Assembly (NCBI GenBank): GCA_032718475.1
Contig: JAUCBJ010000208.1
Coordinates: forward strand, 1 to 59,969
DNA length: 59,969 bases
Reading direction: 5' to 3'
Source of the DNA: Nemertoderma westbladi
Taxonomy: Eukaryota; Animalia; Xenacoelomorpha
Shown piece after piece: positions 23,601 to 36,702 of the stretch; position 1 is the first letter of the stretch; every line of letters starts with the position of its first letter. Under the pieces are notes generated by a model that saw nothing but the letters and a program-made list of their open reading frames with translations, was not told where the DNA came from and made no database searches. Both the position numbers and the translations under genes were made by a program.

Positions 23601-24483
23601 AGTAAATAAAGTTTTTCAGCATAAACAACATTGCTAGGACTGGGAAAACGACAGACGCTTGTAAAACATACCCAAAGTAATTCGAGTATGAAACAAAACA
23701 TATAAATGCAATTAATAAAATAAATCTTTCGAATAATTTAGTTTGAATACCTTGACAATACAATAATTTCTTCAGTCTATTTACTTCATTGTTCCTTGAA
23801 GCTGATATGATTCTAGAATACGCCTTTTCTAAAGCATACATCTTTATTATGCGCATTCCCATGATAACTTCATTAGTTAACTTAATTCTGTAGTCAGTTG
23901 ATTCCGATACCTTTGCTCTTAATTTGGCAGTAAACTTGCCAATGAGAACTTGTAGTGGTACAACGAGGACCATGGCCAAAACTCCAAAGAAGCATGAAAC
24001 ACCAATGTAGTTGTATATAACAGCAATAATAATAGTTAAAGAAATTGGACTAATAACTAGGGCCGCACCACTTAGTAAGGTTGTAGAAATGGTCTCACAA
24101 TCTGTCGAAATCAAATTATTAACACGACCAATAGTTATCCTACTCAATGTTGTCAAATTCATGGCTAGTAGCTTATCATATATCAAGCATTGGCATGCAA
24201 TCCTTATTTTAAATTCTATAAGGATAGCTTGGTACATGAGATTTTGACCCACACTTGAATGGATTGCATAACATACCATAAGTAGAAAGGTATACAACAA
24301 TGCTTTTCCCAAACTCATATCACTGTCTGGCTGAAATCTCTCCAACAATTTCCCCAATAGCAGGCAAGCAGAGACTTCAGCGATTACCATTGTAAGAGCC
24401 ATAACCACCGCTCTTACTAAGTATTCTCGTGAAATCGTATAAAACAAACTCCAAAGAAGATTCGGCTTCACTTTGGTCAATTC
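20617..24483 (-). CDS. ABCC4/MRP4-like ABC transporter, coding exon 2 (1288 aa)
   Basis: TMD1-NBD1-TMD2-NBD2: GEVGSGKSS, LSGGQKARISLARA, IYLLDDPLSAVD; GRTGAGKSS, SIIPQDP, YSVGERQLICLARA, DEATANVD, TIAHRL. Acceptor attttatttcag|GAA at 24484/24483. No TMD0 (short ABCC type). Confidence 0.95.
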   Translation of the reverse strand, partial: ELTKVKPNLLWSLFYTISREYLVRAVVMALTMVIAEVSACLLLGKLLERFQPDSDMSLGKALLYTFLLMVCYAIHSSVGQNLMYQAILIEFKIRIACQCLIYDKLLAMNLTTLSRITIGRVNNLISTDCETISTTLLSGAALVISPISLTIIIAVIYNYIGVSCFFGVLAMVLVVPLQVLIGKFTAKLRAKVSESTDYRIKLTNEVIMGMRIIKMYALEKAYSRIISASRNNEVNRLKKLLYCQGIQTKLFERFILLIAFICFVSYSNYFGYVLQASVVFPVLAMLFMLKNFIYSWAVIGIIRCITFAVAVKRIEHFLLTEVRSQNLESIKAGGEDTSCLLDKADLESHVAAESGLQQVVEKEEQFVLNINNVYVKSSLSEDEGSATILADFSLSVEQPGELICVVGEVGSGKSSVLNVILGELPLYSGIVKCNGKLSYTPQQGWVFTGTIRENILFGSEYSEKRFKKVIDVCALEDDLKAFPNGDESLVGERGLALSGGQKARISLARAVYVEADIYLLDDPLSAVDVHVATHLFEHCIQKFLSDKTVILVTHQVQFTKHASRVIVLSKGKTIASGNYDDVVSQLESNGINFLLIDPNSQTQNDTGTVDTVASVTNNEMHKDEIPETQTKVQKSPTFYGYYLYYLRATNIKILISALLMTFIGEIMAIFCDLWLAQWSIYSLNNRGMKNISYYNFSQITFNNTEVQSEENSRMFEIIISKFLDLEVNNHTIIGVYGCLIILTLLLSALGACILLKSIIHAGYRLHNDMFNRVLKAKCYFFDTNSVGDILNKFSKDICIIDSMLLDRLNDMVNHSVRIICMVAFVMVMNFWMVIAVVPLFIIMLIVRRYYIRTSKQVKKLEGSFRTPIYHHISVSLEGLAVIRAFGANSRFQEEFFRNVDSHLRVVIVYNGLTRWFGFFNSFLCVFFTTLIALSAVLASNIDAGALGLSLTYAATLSFAFQYMLRLSTEIEELMTSVGRVYSYTKLDQERNTFSHINDARNRISNNPSIEFKNVNLFYDSNLPSVLTDVSFHVKPKEKIGIVGRTGAGKSSLVAALYQLTDTTGTILVGGCNTADLQLQDLRKSMSIIPQDPVLFSGTLRYNLDPFTEYLDSQIWSALRNCKLYDLVKERSNSQLPAKSDGSSDDIQNSHQNDVKLTLPVKVPCEEDDDYNGLQSKVDEYGSNYSVGERQLICLARALLRNNKIIVVDEATANVDATTDGIIQETIRDKFSDCTILTIAHRLNTIIDSDKILVMDDGHLVEFDEPSKLLADENTRFSSMYRATHSIVM

Positions 24484-24939
24484 CTGAAATAAAATTAGAT
24501 AAGTTTGCTACACAGAGCACAAATAGGAGAAAGTAAAATAGTGCCAAACCCTCATTCTGGTTTTGACAATTAATCTTCATCTGTAGATATTGAATATTAA
24601 AATTTCTTTAGATATTTTTCAAAATCAAATACAAAAAAACACAACCAATATTTTGAGATGTAAATCAATATAATTCGGATTTTTTTACAATATTCTAAAG
24701 ATATTTTATTCTTTCAGTTTAATACTACAACATGCTCAATTAGAGCCATTATTGTTATATCCCAAAAAAGTAAATATATGAAAGAGAGACAGAGACCAGT
24801 AAACCAGTGTCAGCAGTACGGTGAAGATATGCACGTAGTGTAGATAATAAAATAATGTACATTGCAATACAGGGAATATAAAAGAAATATGAAAAGTTAC
24901 CCGATACCACTTCTAATGTGTTTTCTCTAAATAGTTTTC

Positions 24940-27900
24940 TGGAAATTGAAAGCCGAAAATAACCAGTTTCACCATAAAATCGGGTGTCTTAGTGTTGAGG
25001 CCTAGTATAAATTTAAGAAATTTTAAAACGATCTAATTAATAGCAGATGAATTATGGAAACCAAAGGAGTATATTAATATAGGACGGATAAGAGAATTAA
25101 ACATATGTAGCTTACTGTAAGTTGAAATGATAAATTGGGTGGCTGGCTGAGATACATTAAGGTGAGTGAAAAAAGCTTTAATGGCTTTGCCTGGAAGAGA
25201 TTGCTGGGCAAGAGTGAAGTGGGACGAAACTACTTCCAGGGGGCTACATTTAAAGAACCAGTGTTCGTTACGACGGAGAGGCACGCCTTTACGAAAGAGT
25301 AAAGACCATAACCTTGGATTTACTTAACTTCAATTCTCCAGAATTAACTATAGTTACCAAGAATGTCCAGAGCATTTTGGAGGCCAACAGCTGTGTTGCT
25401 TAGCAACACTATTTGTCCGTGTATAGAAGAATAAATAATTTAAAGGTCCCAAGATCAATCCCAGATGCACCTCCGCGGATCAACTCCAGCTTAAAGTCAA
25501 TAATAAATAAAAAAGAGAAAAGCAATGGGGACAATGACTCGCCTTGTCTAACACCAACGAGACAATAATGGAAACTCTCACTGTAGACTCTACCCCAACG
25601 GACACCAGATTTAACTTCGACGTACATACTCTTAGAGACAAGGGAAACTCTCACTGTAGACTCTACCCCAACGGACACCAGATTTAACTTCGACGTACAT
25701 ACTCTTAGAGACAAGGGAAACTCTCACTGTAGACTCCACCCCAACGGACACCAGATTTAACTTCGACGATACATACTTTTAGAGACAAGGGAAACTCTCA
25801 CTGTAGACTCCACCCCAACGGACACCAGATTTAACTTCGACGTACATACTCTTAGAGACAAGGGAAACTCTCACTGTAGACTCCACCCCATCGGGCACCA
25901 GATTTAACTTCGACGTACATACTCTTAGAGACAAGGGAAAATCTCACTGTAGACTACACCCCAACGGACACCAGATTTAACTTCGACGTACATACTCTTA
26001 GAGACAAGGGAAAATCTCACTGTAGACTCCACCCCAACGGACACCAGATTTAACTTCGACGTACATACTCTTAGAGACAAGGGAAAATCTCACTGTAGAC
26101 TACACCCCAACGGACACCAGATTTAACTTCGACGTACATACTCTTAGAGACAAGGGAAAATCTCACTGTAGACTCCACCCCAACGGACACCAGATTTAAC
26201 TTCGACGTACATACTCTTAGAGACAAGGGAAACTCTCACTGTAGACTCCACCCCATCGGGCACCAGATTTAACTTCGACGTACATACTCTTAGAGACAAG
26301 GGAAACTCTCACTGTAGACTCCACCCCAACGGACACCAGATTTAACTTCGACGTACATACTCTTAGAGACAAGGGGAAATCTCACTGTAGACTCCACCCC
26401 AACGGACACCAGATTTAACTTCGACGAACATACTTTTAGAGACAAGGGAAACTCTCACTGTAGACTCCACCCCAACGGACACCAGATTTAACTTCGACGT
26501 ACATACTCTTAGAGACAAGGGAAACTCTCACTGTAGACTCCACCCCATCGGGCACCAGATTTAACTTCGACGTACATACTCTTAGAGACAAGGGAAAATC
26601 TCACTGTAGACTACACCCCAACGGACACCAGATTTAACTTCGACGTACATACTCTTAGAGACAAGGGAAAATCTCACTGTAGACTCCACCCCAACGGACA
26701 CCAGATTTAACTTCGACGTACATACTCTTAGAGACAAGGGAAAATCTCACTGTAGACTACACCCCAACGGACACCAGATTTAACTTCGACGTACATACTC
26801 TTAGAGACAAGGGAAAATCTCACTGTAGACTCCACCCCAACGGACACCAGATTTAACTTCGACGTACATACTCTTAGAGACAAGGGAAACTCTCACTGTA
26901 GACTCCACCCCATCGGGCACCAGATTTAACTTCGACGTACATACTCTTAGAGACAAGGGAAACTCTCACTGTAGACTCCACCCCAACGGACACCAGATTT
27001 AACTTCGACGTACATACTCTTAGAGACAAGGGGAAATCTCACTGTAGACTCCACCCCAACGGACACCAGATTTAACTTCGACGTACATACTTTTAGAGAC
27101 AAGGGAAACTCTCACTGTAGACTCCACCCCAACGGACACCAGATTTAACTTCGACGTACATACTCTTAGAGACAAGGGAAAATCTCACTGTAGACTCCAC
27201 CCCAACGGACACCAGATTTAACTTCGACGTACATACTCTTAGAGACAAGGGAAACTCTCACTGTAGACTCTACCCCAACGGACACCAGATTTAACTTCGA
27301 CGTACATACTCTTAGAGACAAGGGAAAATCTCACTGTAGACTCCACCCCAACGGACACCAGATTTAACTTCGACGAACATACTTTTAGAGACAAGGGAAA
27401 CTCTCACTGTAGACTCCACCCCAACGGACAACAGATTTAACTTCGACGTACATACTCTTAGAGACAAGGGAAACTCTCACTGTAGACTCTACCCCAACGG
27501 ACACCAGATTTAACTTCGACGTACATACTCTTAGAGACAAGGGAAAATCTCACTGTAGACTCCACCCCAACGGACACCAGATTTAACTTCGACGAACATA
27601 CTTTTAGAGACAAGGGAAACTCTCACTGTAGACTCCACCCCAACGGACACCAGATTTAACTTCGACGTACATACTCTTAGAGACAAGGGAAACTCTCACT
27701 GTAGACTCTACCCCAACGGACACCAGATTTAACTTCGACGTACATACTCTTAGAGACAAGGGAAAATCTCACTGTAGACTCCACCCCAACGGACACCAGA
27801 TTTAACTTCGACGAACATACTTTTAGAGACAAGGGAAACTCTCACTGTAGACTCCACCCCATCGGGCACCAGATTTAACTTCGACGTACATACTCTTAGA

Positions 27901-30900
27901 GACAAGGGAAAATCTCACTGTAGACTCCACCCCAACGGACACCAGATTTAACTTCGACGTACATACTCTTAGAGACAAGGGAAACTCTCACTGTAGACTC
28001 CACCCCAACGGACACCAGATTTAACTTCGACGTACATACTCTTAGAGACAAGGGAAACTCTCACTGTAGACTCCACCCCAACGGACACCAGATTTAACTT
28101 CGACGTACATACTCTTAGAGACAAGGGAAACTCTCACTGTAGACTCCACCCCAACGGACACCAGATTTAACTTCGACGTACATACTCTTAGAGACAAGGG
28201 GAAATCTCACTGTAGACTCCACCCCAACGGACACCAGATTTAACTTCGACGTACATACTTTTAGAGACAAGGGAAACTCTCACTGTAGACTCCACCCCAA
28301 CGGACACCAGATTTAACTTCGACGTACATACTCTTAGAGACAAGGGAAAATCTCACTGTAGACTCCACCCCAACGGACACCAGATTTAACTTCGACGTAC
28401 ATACTCTTAGAGACAAGGGAAACTCTCACTGTAGACTCTACCCCAACGGACACCAGATTTAACTTCGACGTACATACTCTTAGAGACAAGGGAAAATCTC
28501 ACTGTAGACTCCACCCCAACGGACACCAGATTTAACTTCGACGAACATACTTTTAGAGACAAGGGAAACTCTCACTGTAGACTCCACCCCAACGGACAAC
28601 AGATTTAACTTCGACGTACATACTCTTAGAGACAAGGGAAACTCTCACTGTAGACTCTACCCCAACGGACACCAGATTTAACTTCGACGTACATACTCTT
28701 AGAGACAAGGGAAAATCTCACTGTAGACTCCACCCCAACGGACACCAGATTTAACTTCGACGAACATACTTTTAGAGACAAGGGAAACTCTCACTGTAGA
28801 CTCCACCCCAACGGACACCAGATTTAACTTCGACGTACATACTCTTAGAGACAAGGGAAACTCTCACTGTAGACTCTACCCCAACGGACACCAGATTTAA
28901 CTTCGACGTACATACTCTTAGAGACAAGGGAAAATCTCACTGTAGACTCCACCCCAACGGACACCAGATTTAACTTCGACGAACATACTTTTAGAGACAA
29001 GGGAAACTCTCACTGTAGACTCCACCCCATCGGGCACCAGATTTAACTTCGACGTACATACTCTTAGAGACAAGGGAAAATCTCACTGTAGACTCCACCC
29101 CAACGGACACCAGATTTAACTTCGACGTACATACTCTTAGAGACAAGGGAAACTCTCACTGTAGACTCCACCCCAACGGACACCAGATTTAACTTCGACG
29201 TACATACTCTTAGAGACAAGGGAAACTCTCACTGTAGACTCCACCCCAACGGACACCAGATTTAACTTCGACGTACATACTCTTAGAGACAAGGGAAACT
29301 CTCACTGTAGACTCCACCCCAACGGACACCAGATTTAACTTCGACGTACATACTCTTAGAGACAAGGGAAACTCTCACTGTAGACTCCACCCCAACGGAC
29401 ACCAGATTTAACTTCGACGAACATACTTTTAGAGACAAGGGAAACTCTCACTGTAGACTCCACCCCAACGGACACCAGATTTAACTTCGACGTACATACT
29501 CTTAGAGACAATGGAAAATCTCACTGTAGACTCTACCCCAACGGACACCAGATTTAACTTCGACGTACATACTCTTAGAGACAAGGGAAACTCTCACTGT
29601 AGACTCTACCCCAACGGACACCAGATTTAACTTCGACGTACATACTCTTAGAGACAAGGGAAAATCTCACTGTAGACTCCACCCCAACGGACACCAGATT
29701 TAACTTCGACGTACATACTCTTAGAGACAAGGGAAACTCTCACTGTAGACTCTACCCCAACGGACACCAGATTTAACTTCGACGTACATACTCTTAGAGA
29801 CAAGGGAAAATCTCACTGTAGACTCCACCCCAACGGACACCAGATTTAACTTCGACGAACATACTTTTAGAGACAAGGGAAACTCTCACTGTAGACTCCA
29901 CCCCAACGGACACCAGATTTAACTTCGACGTACATACTCTTAGAGACAAGGGAAACTCTCACTGTAGACTCCACCCCAACGGACACCAGATTTAACTTCG
30001 ACGTACATACTCTTAGAGACAAGGGAAACTCTCACTGTAAACTCCACCCCAACGGACACCAGATTTAACTTCGACGTACATACTCTTAGAGACAAGGGAA
30101 ACTCTCACTGTAGACTCCACCCCAACGGACACCAGATTTAACTTCGACGTACATACTCTTAGAGACAAGGGAAACTCTCACTGTAGACTCTACCCCAACG
30201 GACACCAGATTTAACTTCGACGTACATACTCTTAGAGACAAGGGAAACTCTCACTGTAGACTCCACCCCAACGGACACCAGATTTAACTTCGACGTACAT
30301 ACTCTTAGAGACAAGGGAAACTCTCACTGTAGACTCTACCCCAACGGACACCAGATTTAACTTCGACGTACATACTCTTAGAGACAAGGGAAAATCTCAC
30401 TGTAGACTCCACCCCAACGGACACCAGATTTAACTTCGACGTACATACTCTTAGAGACAAGGGAAACTCTCACTGTAGACTCCACCCCAACGGACACCAG
30501 ATTTAACTTCGACGTACATACTCTTAGAGACAAGGGGAAATCTCACTGTAGACTCCACCCCAACGGACACCAGATTTAACTTCGACGAACATACTTTTAG
30601 AGACAAGGGAAACTCTCACTGTAGACTCCACCCCAACGGACACCAGATTTAACTTCGACGTACATACTCTTAGAGACAAGGGAAAATCTCACTGTAGACT
30701 CCACCCCAACGGACAACAGATTTAACTTCGACGTACATACTCTTAGAGACAAGGGAAACTCTCACTGTAGACTCCACCCCATCGGGCACCAGATTTAACT
30801 TCGACGTACATACTCTTAGAGACAAGGGGAAATCTCACTGTAGACTCCACCCCAACGGACACCAGATTTAACTTCGACGTACATACTCTTAGAGACAAGG

Positions 30901-33900
30901 GAAACTCTCACTGTAGACTCCACCCCAACGGACACCAGATTTAACTTCGACGTACATACTCTTAGAGACAAGGGAAACTCTCACTGTAGACTCCACCCCA
31001 ACGGACACCAGATTAAACTTCGACGTACATACTCTTCAAGACAAGGGAAACTCTCACTGTAGACTCCACCCCAACGGACACTAGATTTAACTTCGACGTA
31101 CATACTCTTAGAGACAAGGGAAACTCTCACTGTAGACTCCACCCCAACGGACACCAGATTTAACTTCGACGAACATACTTTTAGAGACAAGGGAAACTCT
31201 CACTGTGGACTCCACCCCAACGGACACCAGATTTAACTTCGACGAACATACTCTTAGAGACAAGGGAAACTCTCACTGTAGACTCCACCCCAACGGACAC
31301 CAGATTTAACTTCGACGAACATACTCTTAGAGACAAGGGAAACTCTCACTGTAGACTCCACCCCAACGGACACCAGATTTAACTTCGACGTACATACTTT
31401 TAGAGACAAGGGAAACTCTCACTGTAGACTCTACCCCAACGGACACCAGATTTAACTTCGACGTACATACTCTTAGAGACAAGGGAAACTCTCACTGTAG
31501 ACTCTACCCCAACGGACACCAGATTTAACTTCGACGTACATACTCTTAGAGACAAGGGAAAATCTCACTGTAGACTCCACCCCAACGGACACCAGATTTA
31601 ACTTCGACGTACATACTCTTAGAGACAAGGGAAACTCTCACTGTAGACTCCACCCCAACGGACACCAGATTTAACTTCGACGTACATACTCTTAGAGACA
31701 AGGGAAACTCTCACTGTAGACTCTACCCCAACGGACACCAGATTTAACTTCGACGTACATACTCTTAGAGACAAGGGAAAATCTCACTGTAGACTCCACC
31801 CCAACGGACACCAGATTTAACTTCGACGAACATACTTTTAGAGACAAGGGAAACTCTCACTGTAGACTCCACCCCAACGGACACCAGATTTAACTTCGAC
31901 GTACATACTCTTAGAGACAAGGGAAACTCTCACTGTAGACTCCACCCCAACGGACACCAGATTTAACTTCGACGTACATACTCTTAGAGACAAGGGAAAC
32001 TCTCACTGTAAACTCCACCCCAACGGACACCAGATTTAACTTCGACGTACATACTCTTAGAGACAAGGGAAACTCTCACTGTAGACTCCACCCCAACGGA
32101 CACCAGATTTAACTTCGACGTACATACTCTTAGAGACAAGGGAAACTCTCACTGTAGACTCTACCCCAACGGACACCAGATTTAACTTCGACGTACATAC
32201 TCTTAGAGACAAGGGAAACTCTCACTGTAGACTCCACCCCAACGGACACCAGATTTAACTTCGACGAACATACTCTTAGAGACAAGGGAAACTCTCACTG
32301 TAGACTCCACCCCAACGGACACCAGATTTAACTTCGACGAACATACTCTTAGAGACAAGGGAAACTCTCACTGTAGACTCCACCCCAACGGACACCAGAT
32401 TTAACTTCGACGAACATACTTTTAGAGACAAGGGAAACTCTCACTGTAGACTCCACCCCAACGGACACCAGATTTAACTTCGACGTACATACTCTTAGAG
32501 ACAAGGGAAACTCTCACTGTAAACTCCACCCCAACGGACACCAGATTTAACTTCGACGTACATACTCTTAGAGACAAGGGAAACTCTCACTGTAGACTCC
32601 ACCCCAACGGACACCAGATTTAACTTCGACGTACATACTCTTAGAGACAAGGGAAACTCTCACTGTAGACTCTACCCCAACGGACACCAGATTTAACTTC
32701 GACGTACATACTCTTAGAGACAAGGGAAACTCTCACTGTAGACTCCACCCCAACGGACACCAGATTTAACTTCGACGTACATACTCTTAGAGACAAGGGA
32801 AACTCTCACTGTAGACTCTACCCCAACGGACACCAGATTTAACTTCGACGTACATACTCTTAGAGACAAGGGAAAATCTCACTGTAGACTCCACCCCAAC
32901 GGACACCAGATTTAACTTCGACGTACATACTCTTAGAGACAAGGGAAACTCTCACTGTAGACTCCACCCCAACGGACACCAGATTTAACTTCGACGTACA
33001 TACTCTTAGAGACAAGGGGAAATCTCACTGTAGACTCCACCCCAACGGACACCAGATTTAACTTCGACGAACATACTTTTAGAGACAAGGGAAACTCTCA
33101 CTGTAGACTCCACCCCAACGGACACCAGATTTAACTTCGACGTACATACTCTTAGAGACAAGGGAAAATCTCACTGTAGACTCCACCCCAACGGACAACA
33201 GATTTAACTTCGACGTACATACTCTTAGAGACAAGGGAAACTCTCACTGTAGACTCCACCCCATCGGGCACCAGATTTAACTTCGACGTACATACTCTTA
33301 GAGACAAGGGGAAATCTCACTGTAGACTCCACCCCAACGGACACCAGATTTAACTTCGACGTACATACTCTTAGAGACAAGGGAAACTCTCACTGTAGAC
33401 TCCACCCCAACGGACACCAGATTTAACTTCGACGTACATACTCTTAGAGACAAGGGAAACTCTCACTGTAGACTCCACCCCAACGGACACCAGATTAAAC
33501 TTCGACGTACATACTCTTCAAGACAAGGGAAACTCTCACTGTAGACTCCACCCCAACGGACACTAGATTTAACTTCGACGTACATACTCTTAGAGACAAG
33601 GGAAACTCTCACTGTAGACTCCACCCCAACGGACACCAGATTTAACTTCGACGAACATACTTTTAGAGACAAGGGAAACTCTCACTGTGGACTCCACCCC
33701 AACGGACACCAGATTTAACTTCGACGAACATACTCTTAGAGACAAGGGAAACTCTCACTGTAGACTCCACCCCAACGGACACCAGATTTAACTTCGACGA
33801 ACATACTCTTAGAGACAAGGGAAACTCTCACTGTAGACTCCACCCCAACGGACACCAGATTTAACTTCGACGTACATACTTTTAGAGACAAGGGAAACTC

Positions 33901-35740
33901 TCACTGTAGACTCTACCCCAACGGACACCAGATTTAACTTCGACGTACATACTCTTAGAGACAAGGGAAACTCTCACTGTAGACTCTACCCCAACGGACA
34001 CCAGATTTAACTTCGACGTACATACTCTTAGAGACAAGGGAAAATCTCACTGTAGACTCCACCCCAACGGACACCAGATTTAACTTCGACGTACATACTC
34101 TTAGAGACAAGGGAAACTCTCACTGTAGACTCCACCCCAACGGACACCAGATTTAACTTCGACGTACATACTCTTAGAGACAAGGGAAACTCTCACTGTA
34201 GACTCTACCCCAACGGACACCAGATTTAACTTCGACGTACATACTCTTAGAGACAAGGGAAAATCTCACTGTAGACTCCACCCCAACGGACACCAGATTT
34301 AACTTCGACGAACATACTTTTAGAGACAAGGGAAACTCTCACTGTAGACTCCACCCCAACGGACACCAGATTTAACTTCGACGTACATACTCTTAGAGAC
34401 AAGGGAAACTCTCACTGTAGACTCCACCCCAACGGACACCAGATTTAACTTCGACGTACATACTCTTAGAGACAAGGGAAACTCTCACTGTAAACTCCAC
34501 CCCAACGGACACCAGATTTAACTTCGACGTACATACTCTTAGAGACAAGGGAAACTCTCACTGTAGACTCCACCCCAACGGACACCAGATTTAACTTCGA
34601 CGTACATACTCTTAGAGACAAGGGAAACTCTCACTGTAGACTCTACCCCAACGGACACCAGATTTAACTTCGACGTACATACTCTTAGAGACAAGGGAAA
34701 CTCTCACTGTAGACTCCACCCCAACGGACACCAGATTTAACTTCGACGAACATACTCTTAGAGACAAGGGAAACTCTCACTGTAGACTCCACCCCAACGG
34801 ACACCAGATTTAACTTCGACGAACATACTCTTAGAGACAAGGGAAACTCTCACTGTAGACTCCACCCCAACGGACACCAGATTTAACTTCGACGTACATA
34901 CTCTTCAAGACAAGGGAAACTCTCACTGTAGACTCCACCCCAACGGACACCAGATTTAACTTCGACGTACATACTCTTAGAGACAAGGGAAACTCTCACT
35001 GTAGACTCCACCCCAACGGACACCAGATTTAACTTCGACGTACATACTCTTAGAGACAAGGGAAACTCTCACTGTAGACTCCACCCCAACGGACACCAGA
35101 TTTAACTTCGACGTACATACTCTTAGAGACAAGGGAAACTCTCACTGTAGACTCCACCCCAACGGACACCAGATTTAACTTCGACGTACATACTCTTAGA
35201 GACAAGGGAAACTCTCACTGTAGACTCCACCCCAACGGACACCAGATTTAACTTCGACGTACATACTCTTAGAGACAAGAGAAACTCTCACTGTAGACTC
35301 CACCCCAACGGACACCAGATTTAACTTCGACATACATACTCTTAGAGACAAGGGAAACTCTCACTGTAGACTCCACCCCAACGGACACCAGATTTAACTT
35401 CGACGTACATACTCTTAGAGACAAGGGAAACTTTCACTGTAGACTCCACCCCAACGGACACCAGATTTAACTTCGACATACATATTGATTGCTCTTAATA
35501 ACTTGTAGAAATCGACCAGAAAATACAATCCAAGGTTGAAAGGTTTCTGCCAGAGAGCTGATCGGTTGACTAAATCAAAGGCCTTTTGAAAGTCAATGAT
35601 GTGCAGAATAATCTGTTGTAATTACGGGAATAGAGGAAGTGATTTATTAAAGTACTAAAAGTGAATACTATATGTGATGTGATCAGAAGTACAAAAGTCT
35701 TTCCGAAAACCCTCTCGACTGTCCACTAAAATCCTAAAGC
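24940..35740 (-). mobile_element. Decayed LINE reverse transcriptase fragment (RTE-X-like), split by an internal satellite
   Basis: 35740-35480 gives GFRKDFCTSDHI...IDFQKAFDLVNRSALWQK; 25560-24940 gives GVRQGESLSPLLFS..., ILLYTD (YADD position), GLQNALD, FNSLIRPILIYS, KFILGL. Clade call is inference. Confidence 0.85.
25560..35485. repeat. 73-bp satellite, ~136 copies, ~9.9 kb
   Basis: Unit agagacaagggaaactctcactgtagactccaccccaacggacaccagatttaacttcgacgtacatactctt; spacing 73 (25571 to 25644); only point variants between units. Confidence 0.98.
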
Positions 35741-36125
35741 AAAAATATTAATTATTACTCAGGTCGGCATTTAAAGCCCTTCAGTTGGTTTCTTCATTAC
35801 ACGTAATTAATATTCTAGAAAATAGTTTAAACATAACATTATAATAATTATATTGATTTACATCGTAACGTGTATCCCTTTGAATCTTGGGCCACTTGGG
35901 ATTAAATAGCTCCAGCCAGATATTCTTGGGGTAAATGGAAACCGGAACCGTTTGCATATCCGAATATGCAAACGGGAATCTACAGATGAATATATAAAAC
36001 GACAAACAAATAAAGGTTTTTAACCCCGAAAGGTTTTCTGGGGCGTTCATTCGATTGGAATACGTTTATAATTCTCCAGATGATTGCTACTCGTATTTTA
36101 CGGCATAATATGGCAAATTATGGTG

Positions 36126-36459
36126 TTGTAATATAAAACGGTAGGCCAATGCCAGGGGTTGCATCGTAATTAAATAAACTAATTACCAATTGAGAAAATA
36201 AGTCAATTAAGGTAAATGTTCGGGGTCTTAGATGGCAGAAACAATAAATACTGATGTTAGTGAACGTTTTCGCCCTTACCGGGCTACTTCAGACTATATT
36301 ATTATGGTAAAAGTTAAATTATTGCAATAATAATTGCATCCCGCCACCAATTCAAAAATCCCTCTCTAGAGGGATTATTGTTTCTGCCAGGTAAGACCCC
36401 GAACATTTACCTTAATTGACTTATTTTCTCAATTGGTAATTAGTTTATTTAATTACGTT
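36126..36459 (-). mobile_element. Penelope-like non-autonomous element with inverted arms and hammerhead motif
   Basis: 36159-36247 is mirrored at ~36375-36463; 13-bp direct flank gcaaattatggtg (36113-36125, 36460-36472); central hammerhead-like motif. Confidence 0.65.
36258..36296 (-). ncRNA. Minimal type I hammerhead ribozyme motif (variant core)
   Basis: Minus strand: tagt CTGAAGtA gccc ggtaa gggc GAAA acgt TC acta; stems I and II pair, stem III is a palindrome. Confidence 0.6.
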
Positions 36460-36702
36460 GCAAATTATGGTGCAGGCAACAAATTTCGGGTATAATAATA
36501 TAATTGTAATATAATAATATATTTTAACAAAATTTTACATTATGGGTAATAGTTTGATATGTATTACTATGTAATGTAGTATACCAATACATAATAATCG
36601 TGTATCTTAAATCTTAAAATATTCATTGTCTGGAACTACCACTGCACCAACCTAACCATTCCAATCCTTCTGTAGGCCTACCATGGATAAAATATAACTC
36701 AC

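Larger units (their letters stand above)
24484..36702 (-). other. 12,219-nt phase-0 GT-AG intron of the ABCC4-like gene
   Basis: Donor AAG|gtgagt and acceptor tttcag|GAA join NNWRK to ELTKVKPNL in frame, matching the W.KE...KPSL pattern of ABCC4-type N-termini; spliced product 1355 aa. Confidence 0.88.

Noticed and set aside
25560-35485. CRISPR-like array
   Set aside because: No unique spacers; the entire 73-bp unit repeats, context is eukaryotic and there are no cas genes.
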